The notes under the pieces are model-generated. The model saw only the letters and a program-made list of their open reading frames with translations, was not told where the DNA came from and searched no databases. Shown here one piece after another: positions 46,027 to 54,407 of a DNA stretch of 54,407 nucleotides. The translations under genes were made by a program, and so were the position numbers. Each line of letters starts with the position of its first letter. Within the stretch, counting starts at the first letter, position 1. This DNA is from an uncultured bacterium (lineage in GTDB: Bacteria > Bdellovibrionota_B > Oligoflexia > CAYFLR01): positions 47,168 to 101,574 of the forward strand of contig CAYFLR010000013.1 of assembly GCA_964343805.1 (NCBI GenBank), given 5' to 3'.

Positions 46027-47499
46027 ATGTTAAAAAAATGGCTTTTTATTTTATTTCTCTTCACTGGATGCGTGGATGATAAAGAGATTTATGAGTATGT
46101 ATTAGATCATGTTGGGGATGAAGATAAAGAGATATCTAAGTATAAAATAAAACTATTAAAACTCAGAGGAGCAAAGGTTAACTACCAAGACAAAGAGGAT
46201 AAATATAGTCCACTCCACCTTGGGGCTCAATTTTGCGATTATAATGCAATTAATATTTTAATTGCTGAAGGAGCAAATATTAACATTGAAAATAAGAGAA
46301 ATGTCATTCCTTTATTTAGTGCATTATCTTTAGACTGTAAACCTGAAATATTAAAACTCCTGCTCACCAATGGATCAAATTTAGTCAAATCCTCGGGTAC
46401 TTCCGCAATTTTTATCGGCACCTCTAAAAATATCTCCATTGACAGAATAAAGTTATTAATGGAATACGGTGCGGATATAAATTCCAGGTCTCGAAACGGA
46501 CACACTTTATTGCATAGAGCTGCTATAGCGAGGGCTGATATTAAAACCCTCGAATTTCTAATTAAAAAGGGCATAGACATAAATGCCATTGATAAAAAAG
46601 GTAATACAGTATTAGCCACATATTTATCCCAGCGGGTTGATTATGAACGGACAGGATCGGGTAAACGGACACCAGATCCCTCTCCCCAAGAAATACAAGA
46701 TCTCAAATTTGTGGAAACTTTATTAGCCCATGGAGCGGATATAAATTTAAAAAATAAAGAAAGAAATACCCCCTTGTTTTTAGCCACCTCATGGCCAATC
46801 AGCCCTTTAATTATCAAGTTATTAATTAAAAAAGGGGCCAAAGTGAATGAAAGAAACCATGCTGGAAAAACTCCTCTTTTTAATCATATGCACCATAATT
46901 ACCACTTTGACTATGTCCAGTTTCTCATAAATAACGGGGCTAAGGTGAATATAAAAGATAATGAAGGGCGCACTCCCCTGCACTATCCATTTTCACTGCC
47001 AACACGAGCACTTAAACTATTTATTCAAAATGGTATAAATATAAACAGCAAGGATAAAAGCGGACAGACTCCTCTGCACATTGCTGTTTTTAGAGCCAAG
47101 CCAAGAATCATAGAGAAATTATTGGCTTTTGGTGCAGATTCTAACGCCCGCGATAAAGCAGGGGTTAGGCCAATTCATTTATGTGCAAGGGTGCGATACC
47201 CTCCTGAAATAGATATCTTAGTTAAAAATGGTGCAAAACTCCACTTTAAAGACAATATAGGACAAACAGTATTACATTACGCAGTAAGGAAATCTAATTC
47301 TCATATTAAAAAGAAATCTGGTAGACGTAGAAGAGGGAGGGAAGCCCCAGATCGTGAGAAAACCACAATAGAATATTTGATTTCAAAAGGAATAAAGATC
47401 AACATAAAAGATAAAAATGGTCAAACACCCCTTGATGTTGCCAAAGCAGCCAAATTTGATCATATAGTAGATTTTCTGTTAAAACATGGAGCAAAGTAA
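46027..47499 (+). CDS. ankyrin-repeat lipoprotein
   Basis: Lipobox LFLFTGC/VDD. At least 10 ANK units (SPLHLGAQFCDYNAINILIAEGANIN; GHTLLHRAAIARADIKTLEFLIKKGIDINA; QTPLHIAVFRAKPRIIEKLLAFGADSNA, and so on). Confidence 0.9.
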   Translation: MLKKWLFILFLFTGCVDDKEIYEYVLDHVGDEDKEISKYKIKLLKLRGAKVNYQDKEDKYSPLHLGAQFCDYNAINILIAEGANINIENKRNVIPLFSALSLDCKPEILKLLLTNGSNLVKSSGTSAIFIGTSKNISIDRIKLLMEYGADINSRSRNGHTLLHRAAIARADIKTLEFLIKKGIDINAIDKKGNTVLATYLSQRVDYERTGSGKRTPDPSPQEIQDLKFVETLLAHGADINLKNKERNTPLFLATSWPISPLIIKLLIKKGAKVNERNHAGKTPLFNHMHHNYHFDYVQFLINNGAKVNIKDNEGRTPLHYPFSLPTRALKLFIQNGININSKDKSGQTPLHIAVFRAKPRIIEKLLAFGADSNARDKAGVRPIHLCARVRYPPEIDILVKNGAKLHFKDNIGQTVLHYAVRKSNSHIKKKSGRRRRGREAPDREKTTIEYLISKGIKINIKDKNGQTPLDVAKAAKFDHIVDFLLKHGAK

Positions 47500-47502
47500 A
47501 CG

Positions 47503-49293
47503 CTATAATGGTTCGGAACACTTTTTAAAATGCTCTTTAAATAGTTCAATTTGCTTATGGGGTAACAAACCAAAGGATAAAAGCGTATCGTGAAAGCACT
47601 TAGACTTTAGTTTTCCATAACCTTTTTCTAAAAGTTTTCGCAGGTTAAGGATATTTACATAACCTTCATAATAGGAGGTTGCTTGGCCAGGACTTCTAAA
47701 AGCATAACGTTGATATTCAAGGTGAGCCATCACTTTTGAAACACCGAGTTCTTGATGAAAGATTTGCTGAACATCTTTCTCATCTGCTTTATCTAGTTGA
47801 ACCATCGGATCTAAAAAATACCGAGCGATCCGCCAGAGTCTAGTTTGCATGGCTATTAATTGCTCTTCTTCACTAATATAAGGAAATACTAAATCCTCAG
47901 CATAAAGAGCCCACCCTTCCACATTCACTGAATTCATAGCATAACTCGCCCTGATAATCGAAATGGGGCTTTCTAACATACGACTGAATTGCAAATCATG
48001 ACCGGGTCTTCCTTCATGAGCAGTTAAAATAGTTGCCGCACTTTTATAACTAAAGTCATCAAAAGGGAGTTTTCCATCCGATGAAGTAGGAACTACAAAT
48101 TCAGGCATCACTCCATTATTGTTTAATAGAGGTGGAGGTTTGAGATGAGGAACCGGATTCGCTTTACTCTCAGCATCACCCGCCATACGAATGGTCAATG
48201 GTTTTTTAGGGAGAGATACAATTTCATTTGCTTTTATAATTTGTTCAAGTCGATTCGAGGAACTCTGATAGAGAGCTTTAACTTCTTCAGATTGAAGCAC
48301 CACCTCTTTTTTCAAATAAGCAATGACGCTTTTGGGGCTGGTATTTTTTAATGAGAATTTTTTGGCTAAACGCATCGCAAGTTGTTTAAAGTTTTTATAG
48401 AGCTTTTTATAGTCCTCTTTACCAATTTTTATAAGATTGGTAGGCTCTGTTTTTACTCCATAGCTTGCCAACTGAAGTTCATACACCTCTTTCGGATAGT
48501 TAGGTTTTTTCCTGCATTTTGGCAGAATTTTGCTTCTTAATAAAGAGTCATAGCGCTTAATCTCTTTAACAAAAAGCTTGTACTCTTTATGCCAATCATT
48601 ACGACCACTCTGTTTTAAGAGAGCTTCGATTCCCTTTATATAGATAGGAGAGTCTTTGAGATACTTCTCGACCTTGCCACGAAAAGGGTAGAATTTCTTT
48701 TTGTTATTATACTTTCTTTCATATCTCTTGATTTCATTCACATAAGCCGCAATTAAATTTAATTTCCCTTTTTCCAACATATAATATTTAAAGCGAGAGA
48801 CTGCCGCTTTCTTTCTATGGGCTGGCGACTGGATATTAATAAGTTGAAATAAATATCTATAAATAGTCAAACTCAGTTCTGGAACCGGTATAGCTCCGAA
48901 TTTCTCATCGATATAATAGGACTTTAATTGCTTATCCACCTTATCAAGTAGAATTAAATAGTCTGCCTTTAGATCATTTGATTCAGTATTGGCAGCTAAC
49001 CGAGTGAGACGTTTTTTCCAATTTTTTATGAGAGCAAGCCCTTTATCTTCTAGCTCTTCAGAAGGGATATGACCCAGAGCATCATACTCATGGAGGCCCA
49101 AACCAGATCCCATCTCGGGATAGAGTTTTGCAAAACTATGAGTGTACTCTTTGGCCACTTTATCTGACTCTATTATCCAGTCGGGTTTAGTGGGAGGACT
49201 CGGGTTGTCAGTTAGAGAGGATTGATGGGCAGTGCAACCAATGATAAAAATGAGCAGCAAGGAATAAGTCATTGAAGTTATTAAACTATTCAT
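47503..49293 (-). CDS. DUF885-family lipoprotein (metallopeptidase-like fold)
   Basis: Lipobox LIFIIGC/TAH. AHEGRPGHDLQF corresponds to the DUF885 H-E-x-x-P-G-H signature. 596 aa is typical of the family. Confidence 0.7.
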   Translation of the reverse strand: MNSLITSMTYSLLLIFIIGCTAHQSSLTDNPSPPTKPDWIIESDKVAKEYTHSFAKLYPEMGSGLGLHEYDALGHIPSEELEDKGLALIKNWKKRLTRLAANTESNDLKADYLILLDKVDKQLKSYYIDEKFGAIPVPELSLTIYRYLFQLINIQSPAHRKKAAVSRFKYYMLEKGKLNLIAAYVNEIKRYERKYNNKKKFYPFRGKVEKYLKDSPIYIKGIEALLKQSGRNDWHKEYKLFVKEIKRYDSLLRSKILPKCRKKPNYPKEVYELQLASYGVKTEPTNLIKIGKEDYKKLYKNFKQLAMRLAKKFSLKNTSPKSVIAYLKKEVVLQSEEVKALYQSSSNRLEQIIKANEIVSLPKKPLTIRMAGDAESKANPVPHLKPPPLLNNNGVMPEFVVPTSSDGKLPFDDFSYKSAATILTAHEGRPGHDLQFSRMLESPISIIRASYAMNSVNVEGWALYAEDLVFPYISEEEQLIAMQTRLWRIARYFLDPMVQLDKADEKDVQQIFHQELGVSKVMAHLEYQRYAFRSPGQATSYYEGYVNILNLRKLLEKGYGKLKSKCFHDTLLSFGLLPHKQIELFKEHFKKCSEPL

Positions 49294-49446
49294 TTTATTT
49301 CCTATTTAATAATTTCAAGAAGAATTCACATTATTATAGCACAACCATAACCATTGGTTTCTATAAGCAAATATTGACGACTTTAAACAAAACCCATAAC
49401 CCGTCGATGGAAAAATGATTATCAATTATTTTAAGAGGAATATATA

Positions 49447-50283
49447 GTGAAAAGAATAAGCTCTCTGTTCATCTTCTTTATTCTAATAATTTATATACTT
49501 ATTGCTTATCAAAACTGTGGCTCACCTAATCCCAATGCAACTAAAAGCGGGTCTTTATACCCGGGTGTTTACAGTAACTCCCCTGAACAAGAAACCAATG
49601 ATCCAGATATTACTTATTCAAATAGCAAGTATTCGAGTAGAGATGAAGCACCTCCAGGAAAAGAAGATTGGGTAATTTTCAACATGGATATATTAAAAAA
49701 AATAGGAGAACAATGTCACCCTCCTAAGAAAATCACCATGCCTTTAAGCGGACCTCAACTAGCAAAGTTTTTACCAAATAGTATTAGTGGGTTAAAACAT
49801 GTATCAACAAGTTGTGATCCAGAAGATTGGCCTCTTGATTATTACAAAAATAGTGAAAATGAAACAAGTGTTAATCTATTTAAAAAGTTTTCAACTGATG
49901 GGCAATCTAGCACTTTTTCAGAAGATGGCATGAAGGTCCAAATACATGATTTTTCCTTTAATAGTTTTGGAAAGGATATTTCTTGGAATCACCTAGACAA
50001 TGCTTCTATACGGGCAATGATTGAGAGCAATGATCATATTAGATTCGAAAAAACTGCCCGAGGTGATCATAAATTCATTATAAATGAAAATAGAGAAAGA
50101 CCAGCCATTCATATTTACATTGCATGCCGATTTTATGTTTCCTTTATAGGCGAAACTTACTTTAGTATGGATAAAATAAAAGAGGCCGTGGTCGAGCACC
50201 TTCCTTCTATGCAAAAAATCGCAGATTATGCGGACAAATCCGGAGATAAAGACTCCCAATGCGAAAAGATCGAAGAGGATTAA
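49447..50283 (+). CDS. hypothetical secreted or lipoprotein-like protein
   Basis: GTG start with an AAGAGGAA RBS. Hydrophobic N-terminus ending ..LIAYQNC/GSP. No recognisable domain. Confidence 0.55.
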   Translation: MKRISSLFIFFILIIYILIAYQNCGSPNPNATKSGSLYPGVYSNSPEQETNDPDITYSNSKYSSRDEAPPGKEDWVIFNMDILKKIGEQCHPPKKITMPLSGPQLAKFLPNSISGLKHVSTSCDPEDWPLDYYKNSENETSVNLFKKFSTDGQSSTFSEDGMKVQIHDFSFNSFGKDISWNHLDNASIRAMIESNDHIRFEKTARGDHKFIINENRERPAIHIYIACRFYVSFIGETYFSMDKIKEAVVEHLPSMQKIADYADKSGDKDSQCEKIEED

Positions 50284-50284
50284 A

Positions 50285-51103
50285 TTAAGAACAGCCAAAT
50301 TGCCGAGTGGTCCAACTAATAATCCTCTCCATCAACTCCTTTTTCTCTTTTAGGGGAGTAAAAAGATGATCACTGTTTTCAAAGAAATCCAACTCTACAC
50401 AATCTTTAAAATCCACTCCTTTAAACATGTCATAGAATTGGTTTTTGTAGTTATAGTAATCTAAAACCCCGTTGGTGTAGATATAGTAGAGTTTTAAGTC
50501 TTTGTTAACCAACTGCTGAAGATCTTCTTTAACCTTTTCCCTTGGAGGAAAATCCCAAAAGGCCACTTGTGATTCGGGAGCCACCTTGTTGGTGCCTATG
50601 ATTTTCATTAATAAAATTAAAAAATGGCGAATCCATTTTCTAAAGCGAAAGAGTTTTAAAAAATAGTAGAAGAAGTACTTGCGAGTCTTATATCCATAGG
50701 AATCAATAAGAATAGAACCTGCTACTTTATCCTCTGTTAACATCAATTCATGAGCATTCAGAGCGCCAGAACAAAAACCGATTAAAATTGATTTTTCCCC
50801 TCCTATTTTAGAAAGACCATACTCAATAGCTTGCTTTAAATCATAGTCGGTTTTATCTCCTTTCTCCTGATAGCTCACATTATAACTATCACCCACTCCT
50901 GATAAATCGAATCTTAAAGTGGAAAAACCGAGTTCAGCAAATTTACGAGCAAGTAATACTTGAATACGATGAACTCCAGTTTTAGCAATAAGACCAGCAT
51001 TCCAAAAAACAATCAATGGGAGTTTACCATGCTCCGAGGAGGGAGTGGTAAGAATTCCATGTAAATTTTTTCTTTCACCAAAGGCTACGATCTCTTCATT
51101 CAT
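50285..51103 (-). CDS. alpha/beta-hydrolase-fold protein with Cys at the nucleophile elbow (G-F-C-S-G); paralogue of the NRPS C-terminal domain
   Basis: The ATG lies 1 nt after the NRPS TGA. LPLIVFWNAGL..HRIQVLLARKFAELGFSTLRFDLSGVGDS ... SILIGFCSGALNA ... KVAGSILIDSYGY. From memory, the pattern matches hydrolase 1 of exosortase-A-associated clusters (unverified). Confidence 0.65.
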   Translation of the reverse strand: MNEEIVAFGERKNLHGILTTPSSEHGKLPLIVFWNAGLIAKTGVHRIQVLLARKFAELGFSTLRFDLSGVGDSYNVSYQEKGDKTDYDLKQAIEYGLSKIGGEKSILIGFCSGALNAHELMLTEDKVAGSILIDSYGYKTRKYFFYYFLKLFRFRKWIRHFLILLMKIIGTNKVAPESQVAFWDFPPREKVKEDLQQLVNKDLKLYYIYTNGVLDYYNYKNQFYDMFKGVDFKDCVELDFFENSDHLFTPLKEKKELMERIISWTTRQFGCS

Positions 51104-51104
51104 T

Positions 51105-54100
51105 TCAATCTTCCCTGAGAAAGTTGGTAATTTTATCTAATATAGGAATAGGTAGAAGAACCTCTCCATGTTGAGCATTATCATTCCAAAGGATGCCACT
51201 TTCAAAGTTGGCGAATTTTACTAATTCCTTATCAGCGTAATCCATATAAAACTTGCGCATCTGTCGATTGTGATTAGAGCTAATGATCAAAGTCTCATTT
51301 TGCTGATTTAAATCCTCACTATAGAGGTCTATATCTTCAATTTCATTTTTCATAGATGTTGGAAGTTCATACCCTAGAAGTTCAGTGGGGTTTTTTATTC
51401 GAGGAATAAACTTACTCCAAAACTGGTGTTTCCCCTGTTCAATGAGTTTCAAAACCTGCCTTTGGATACAACTGAGATTTTTTATCAATTCATCTCCTTT
51501 TAGAATTGGATCCCATAAAACCAGTTTATAGCCTTCTTTGGAAAGATAAGCTGCTAAGGTGGCTCCTAATCTAATTCCCACCATAGAAACTTTATCGACT
51601 TTTATCTGATCTTTAAAAAAGGCAAGGGCGGTTTTGATATCTTGCTTCCACCTTGTAAGTGCCATTTGATCGTTTTCTCCAAAGGAGTCTCCTGTTCCAT
51701 AATAATCAAATTTAAAAACATGGAATCCTTTCTTAACTAATCTTTCCGCGAGGTTGCGATAGGCAAGGTGAACTCGATGATTTTCTTGTGGCATAGGATA
51801 TAATAAGAGCACTCCCTCTCCGTTAGCCTTTTCTGCAGGAGGTGTATAATGAACACCAAACAGACGATCCTCAGTTTCTGCTTGGGGTGGAAAGTAAAAC
51901 ATCCTGGGAAAATGAAGATCAGATTCGAGATCGTTATCTACTCTCGATGTTTTTTCATCCTCCTTCACTTCTAATTGCTGTGACATTTGATCTAAAGTAT
52001 CAGTGAGCATCATACGAGGAGTAACTCCATGTTCACACTGATCCTTGATTTTTTGAATCACTTGCACCGCCAACAAAGAGTGACCCCCCAGTTGGAAAAA
52101 ATTATCTTCGATTCCCACTTCAGATAGAGAAAGTACCTCTTTCCAAATATCAATTAAAATTTGTTGAGCTCTTGTCACATTGGTTCGCACATGAGAGGCT
52201 TTAACAAAAAACTTGCCGGTGGTTGGCAAAGCTTTGCTATCAATTTTACCATTTAAAGTGCGGGGAAATTCTTTCATTTTAACCAAATGACTGGGTATCA
52301 TATACTCAGGGAGTTTCTCTCTCAAAAAGGAACGCATCGCCCCATGATCAAGGATTTCACCATCCTCTAATAGGACATAGGCGACTATGGCTTTATTTTG
52401 ATTGATCTCTTTGAGTCGAACCACCCCTTGCATAATCGCTGGATGTTCGTTTAAGATAGTTTCAATTTCTCCTAATTCAATTCGATATCCTCGAAGTTTA
52501 ATTTGACTATCATTTCGACCTAAGCACTCCAATAGTCCCTCTTTATTATAGCGAGCCAAATCCCCCGTTTTATAGATGGTGATAGTCTTATTACCATAGG
52601 AAAAGGGAATAAATTTCTCCGCTGTTAATTCGGGTCGACCATGATACCCCATGGTCACCCCATCTCCCCCAATATGGAGTTCGCCTATTTTGCCAGGAGG
52701 TAAAACCTTTCCTTTTTCATTCAAAATAAAAACTTGGGTATTAAAAATGGGCTCACCTATCAAAATGGGATTCTGGGGCCGAGTAATTTTATGACAAGTT
52801 GACCATACTGTGGTTTCGGTGGGACCATACATATTCCACAAACTCTCCACTTTTCCCACAAGATTTTGAGCTAAATCGAGGGGAAGTGGTTCTCCTCCAC
52901 AGAGCGCTTTAAAATCGGATTTTCCGGGCCAACCTGCTTCTAATAAAAGCCTCCAGGTGATGGGTGTTGCCTGCATTAAGGTGATGTCAAACTCTTCAAT
53001 ATGATGTTTTAATTTAGCACCATCTATAGCAGTTTCTCTTTCAGCAATGGTGACACTTCCCCCCATGACCAATGGCAAGAAGAGTTCAAGGACAGCTATA
53101 TCAAAGGAGATGGTGGTTACCGCTAAAAGATGATCCCGATCGGTGAACCCTGGAGTATGGGACATTGAGTAGAGGAAGTTCACGGCATTTTGATGAGTGA
53201 CCAGCACCCCCTTTGGTTTACCAGTACTCCCAGAGGTATAAATCATATAGGCAATATTATTAGGAGAGAATTCGAAAAGGTCTGGTGAATAAGAGAACTC
53301 AGGGTTAAAGTCAAAATCATCCACCTGTACAATCTGATTTGGGTGAGCAGGAACTTCGGATGCTGTAGAGGATTCGGTAACCACAAAGGGCATGTTAGAA
53401 TCTTCTATCATATAGGCCAAACGGTCTTCCGGGTAATTGGGATCTAAAGGAACATAACCACAACCACTCTTCCAAATGGCGAGCATAGCAATAAGCATGG
53501 ATGCGGATCGCTCCATACAAATACCAATGAGTTGATTCGCTTCAACCCCTAGGTCCAGTAACTGATGGGCCAACTGATTCGATTTCTCTTCCAGCTCACC
53601 ATAAGAAAGCTCACCTTTATAATCGTATACTGCAACTTGATCTCGCTGCAAAGAGGCTTTGCGGCTGATCAGATGATGAACTCCCTCTTGGTGATTATAG
53701 CTCACTTCGGTGTCATTCATTTTATTTAAAATAGCCAGTTGCTCTTTATTAACGATTTGAGAGAGTTCATGAATCGTTTTTTGAGGAGATTGAATCACCT
53801 GAGTCAAAATTTGTTCATAATAATTTAACCATTTAAGTATCGTCTCACTCTTAAAAAGGTCAGTGTTATACTGCGTCTCTAAAGTAAACACACCGTCCCC
53901 TTTACTCACATTGATAAAAAGTTCGAAGTTTTCAAAGTAACGAGGATTTGACTCGTAAGATGCTGTTATATTTTTAAACTTAAAATCTTTACTCTCGATT
54001 TTTTGATCAATATTAAAAGTGATAGGCATCAAAGGAATATGGCTGGCATCCCTTTTAATATTCAAATCCTTTAACAGGCTCCCGTAGGTGTAGACCTGGT

Positions 54101-54407
54101 TTTCGTAAGCCGAGAGCACTCCCTTTTTAATGATATGTAGAAACTTGGAAAAAGAGCTTTGGTCATCTATTAGAGTGCGAATAGGAAGCATATTGACACA
54201 ATGCCCGATGAGATAGTACTCACCCAAAATAGACTGCTCAGCCGCGGGCATACCAATGACCAAATCATCCTGATCGGAAAGTGAGTATATGAGCACATTG
54301 AATGCAGCCAACATCACATGCACTAAGCTGGTCCCTTCAGCAGCTCCTAATTTAGCTAAAGAAAATTCTAGCTCTGAATTTAAATGATAATCGATGCGAT
54401 GAGCATA
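51105..54407 (-). CDS. NRPS, 5'-truncated at the window edge: C (C5-C7 part) - A - T - C-terminal alpha/beta-hydrolase-like domain
   Basis: The frame stays open to nt 54407. C-domain motifs: IGHCVNMLPIRT, YENQVYTYG, RDASHIPL. A-domain motifs: AYMIYTSGSTGKPKGV, FDIAVLELF, NMYGPTETT, GELHIGG, YKTGDLARY, GRNDSQIKLRGYRIELGEIE, NGKID. T domain: FFQLGGHSLLAV. The C-terminal ~270 aa read GVLLLYPMPQE..FKFDYYGTGDS..MVGIRLGATLA. Confidence 0.9.
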   Translation of the reverse strand, partial: YAHRIDYHLNSELEFSLAKLGAAEGTSLVHVMLAAFNVLIYSLSDQDDLVIGMPAAEQSILGEYYLIGHCVNMLPIRTLIDDQSSFSKFLHIIKKGVLSAYENQVYTYGSLLKDLNIKRDASHIPLMPITFNIDQKIESKDFKFKNITASYESNPRYFENFELFINVSKGDGVFTLETQYNTDLFKSETILKWLNYYEQILTQVIQSPQKTIHELSQIVNKEQLAILNKMNDTEVSYNHQEGVHHLISRKASLQRDQVAVYDYKGELSYGELEEKSNQLAHQLLDLGVEANQLIGICMERSASMLIAMLAIWKSGCGYVPLDPNYPEDRLAYMIEDSNMPFVVTESSTASEVPAHPNQIVQVDDFDFNPEFSYSPDLFEFSPNNIAYMIYTSGSTGKPKGVLVTHQNAVNFLYSMSHTPGFTDRDHLLAVTTISFDIAVLELFLPLVMGGSVTIAERETAIDGAKLKHHIEEFDITLMQATPITWRLLLEAGWPGKSDFKALCGGEPLPLDLAQNLVGKVESLWNMYGPTETTVWSTCHKITRPQNPILIGEPIFNTQVFILNEKGKVLPPGKIGELHIGGDGVTMGYHGRPELTAEKFIPFSYGNKTITIYKTGDLARYNKEGLLECLGRNDSQIKLRGYRIELGEIETILNEHPAIMQGVVRLKEINQNKAIVAYVLLEDGEILDHGAMRSFLREKLPEYMIPSHLVKMKEFPRTLNGKIDSKALPTTGKFFVKASHVRTNVTRAQQILIDIWKEVLSLSEVGIEDNFFQLGGHSLLAVQVIQKIKDQCEHGVTPRMMLTDTLDQMSQQLEVKEDEKTSRVDNDLESDLHFPRMFYFPPQAETEDRLFGVHYTPPAEKANGEGVLLLYPMPQENHRVHLAYRNLAERLVKKGFHVFKFDYYGTGDSFGENDQMALTRWKQDIKTALAFFKDQIKVDKVSMVGIRLGATLAAYLSKEGYKLVLWDPILKGDELIKNLSCIQRQVLKLIEQGKHQFWSKFIPRIKNPTELLGYELPTSMKNEIEDIDLYSEDLNQQNETLIISSNHNRQMRKFYMDYADKELVKFANFESGILWNDNAQHGEVLLPIPILDKITNFLRED

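Noticed and set aside
1-54407. CRISPR arrays, tRNA/rRNA genes, prophage or integrase modules
   Set aside because: I saw no regularly spaced direct repeats and no cloverleaf-capable GC-rich intergenic segment; all intergenic regions are about 230 nt or shorter and AT-rich. I saw no phage structural or integrase genes. The only recombinase-like gene is the solitary Y1 transposase.

Overview
AT-rich bacterial window (by eye about 38-40% GC, not computed), 54.4 kb and very densely coding. I support 48 protein-coding genes, two of which run off the window edges. I found no rRNA, tRNA, CRISPR array or prophage. All calls rest on motif recognition in the supplied translations plus start-codon and RBS inspection; no homology search was possible. 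The coding strand switches about 26 times, and 10 of 13 convergent gene pairs abut or overlap stop-to-stop. The envelope style is Gram-negative: 11-14 lipobox-type signal peptides, plus OmpA-like and PG-binding domains. Gene content resembles Bdellovibrionota/Oligoflexia-like or host-associated lineages, but that is only a guess. Recognisable genes: a plasmid-type parA-parB pair with a 22-bp perfect palindrome between them; a CheY-like receiver; a cupin/B12-type radical-SAM/unknown trio; proC; a UDG-superfamily protein; a rubredoxin-GltS(FMN) fusion; a SOUL haem-binding protein; a bacteriohemerythrin; a GT4 glycosyltransferase; a DUF218/ElyC protein; an IS200/RayT-like Y1 transposase; an ankyrin-repeat lipoprotein; and a DUF885 protein. 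There is also a small-molecule cluster (Ldh_2 dehydrogenase, HpcH aldolase, SDR epimerase, D-2-hydroxyacid dehydrogenase, two ATP-grasp ligases) and the 3' end of an NRPS gene. Best candidates for something undescribed, in order. (1) A translationally coupled operon at 27.5-31.7 kb: a MotB/TolR-like Asp-TM protein with about 430 aa of coiled coil before its OmpA-like domain, an ExbB/TolQ/MotA-like channel protein, a STAS+Zn-ribbon protein and a PilZ-like protein. It does not fit flagellar, Tol-Pal, TonB or Zorya layouts. (2) An NRPS terminal module (C-A(Gly-like code)-T) that ends in, and is followed by, two paralogous alpha/beta-hydrolase-like units whose nucleophile elbows read G-I-R-L-G and G-F-C-S-G instead of GxSxG. 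(3) The twin ATP-grasp cluster behind a lipoprotein with a clan-CD-like His/Cys dyad. (4) A lipoprotein with type-II PI4-kinase-like catalytic motifs and a 26x (Gln-X) tail.
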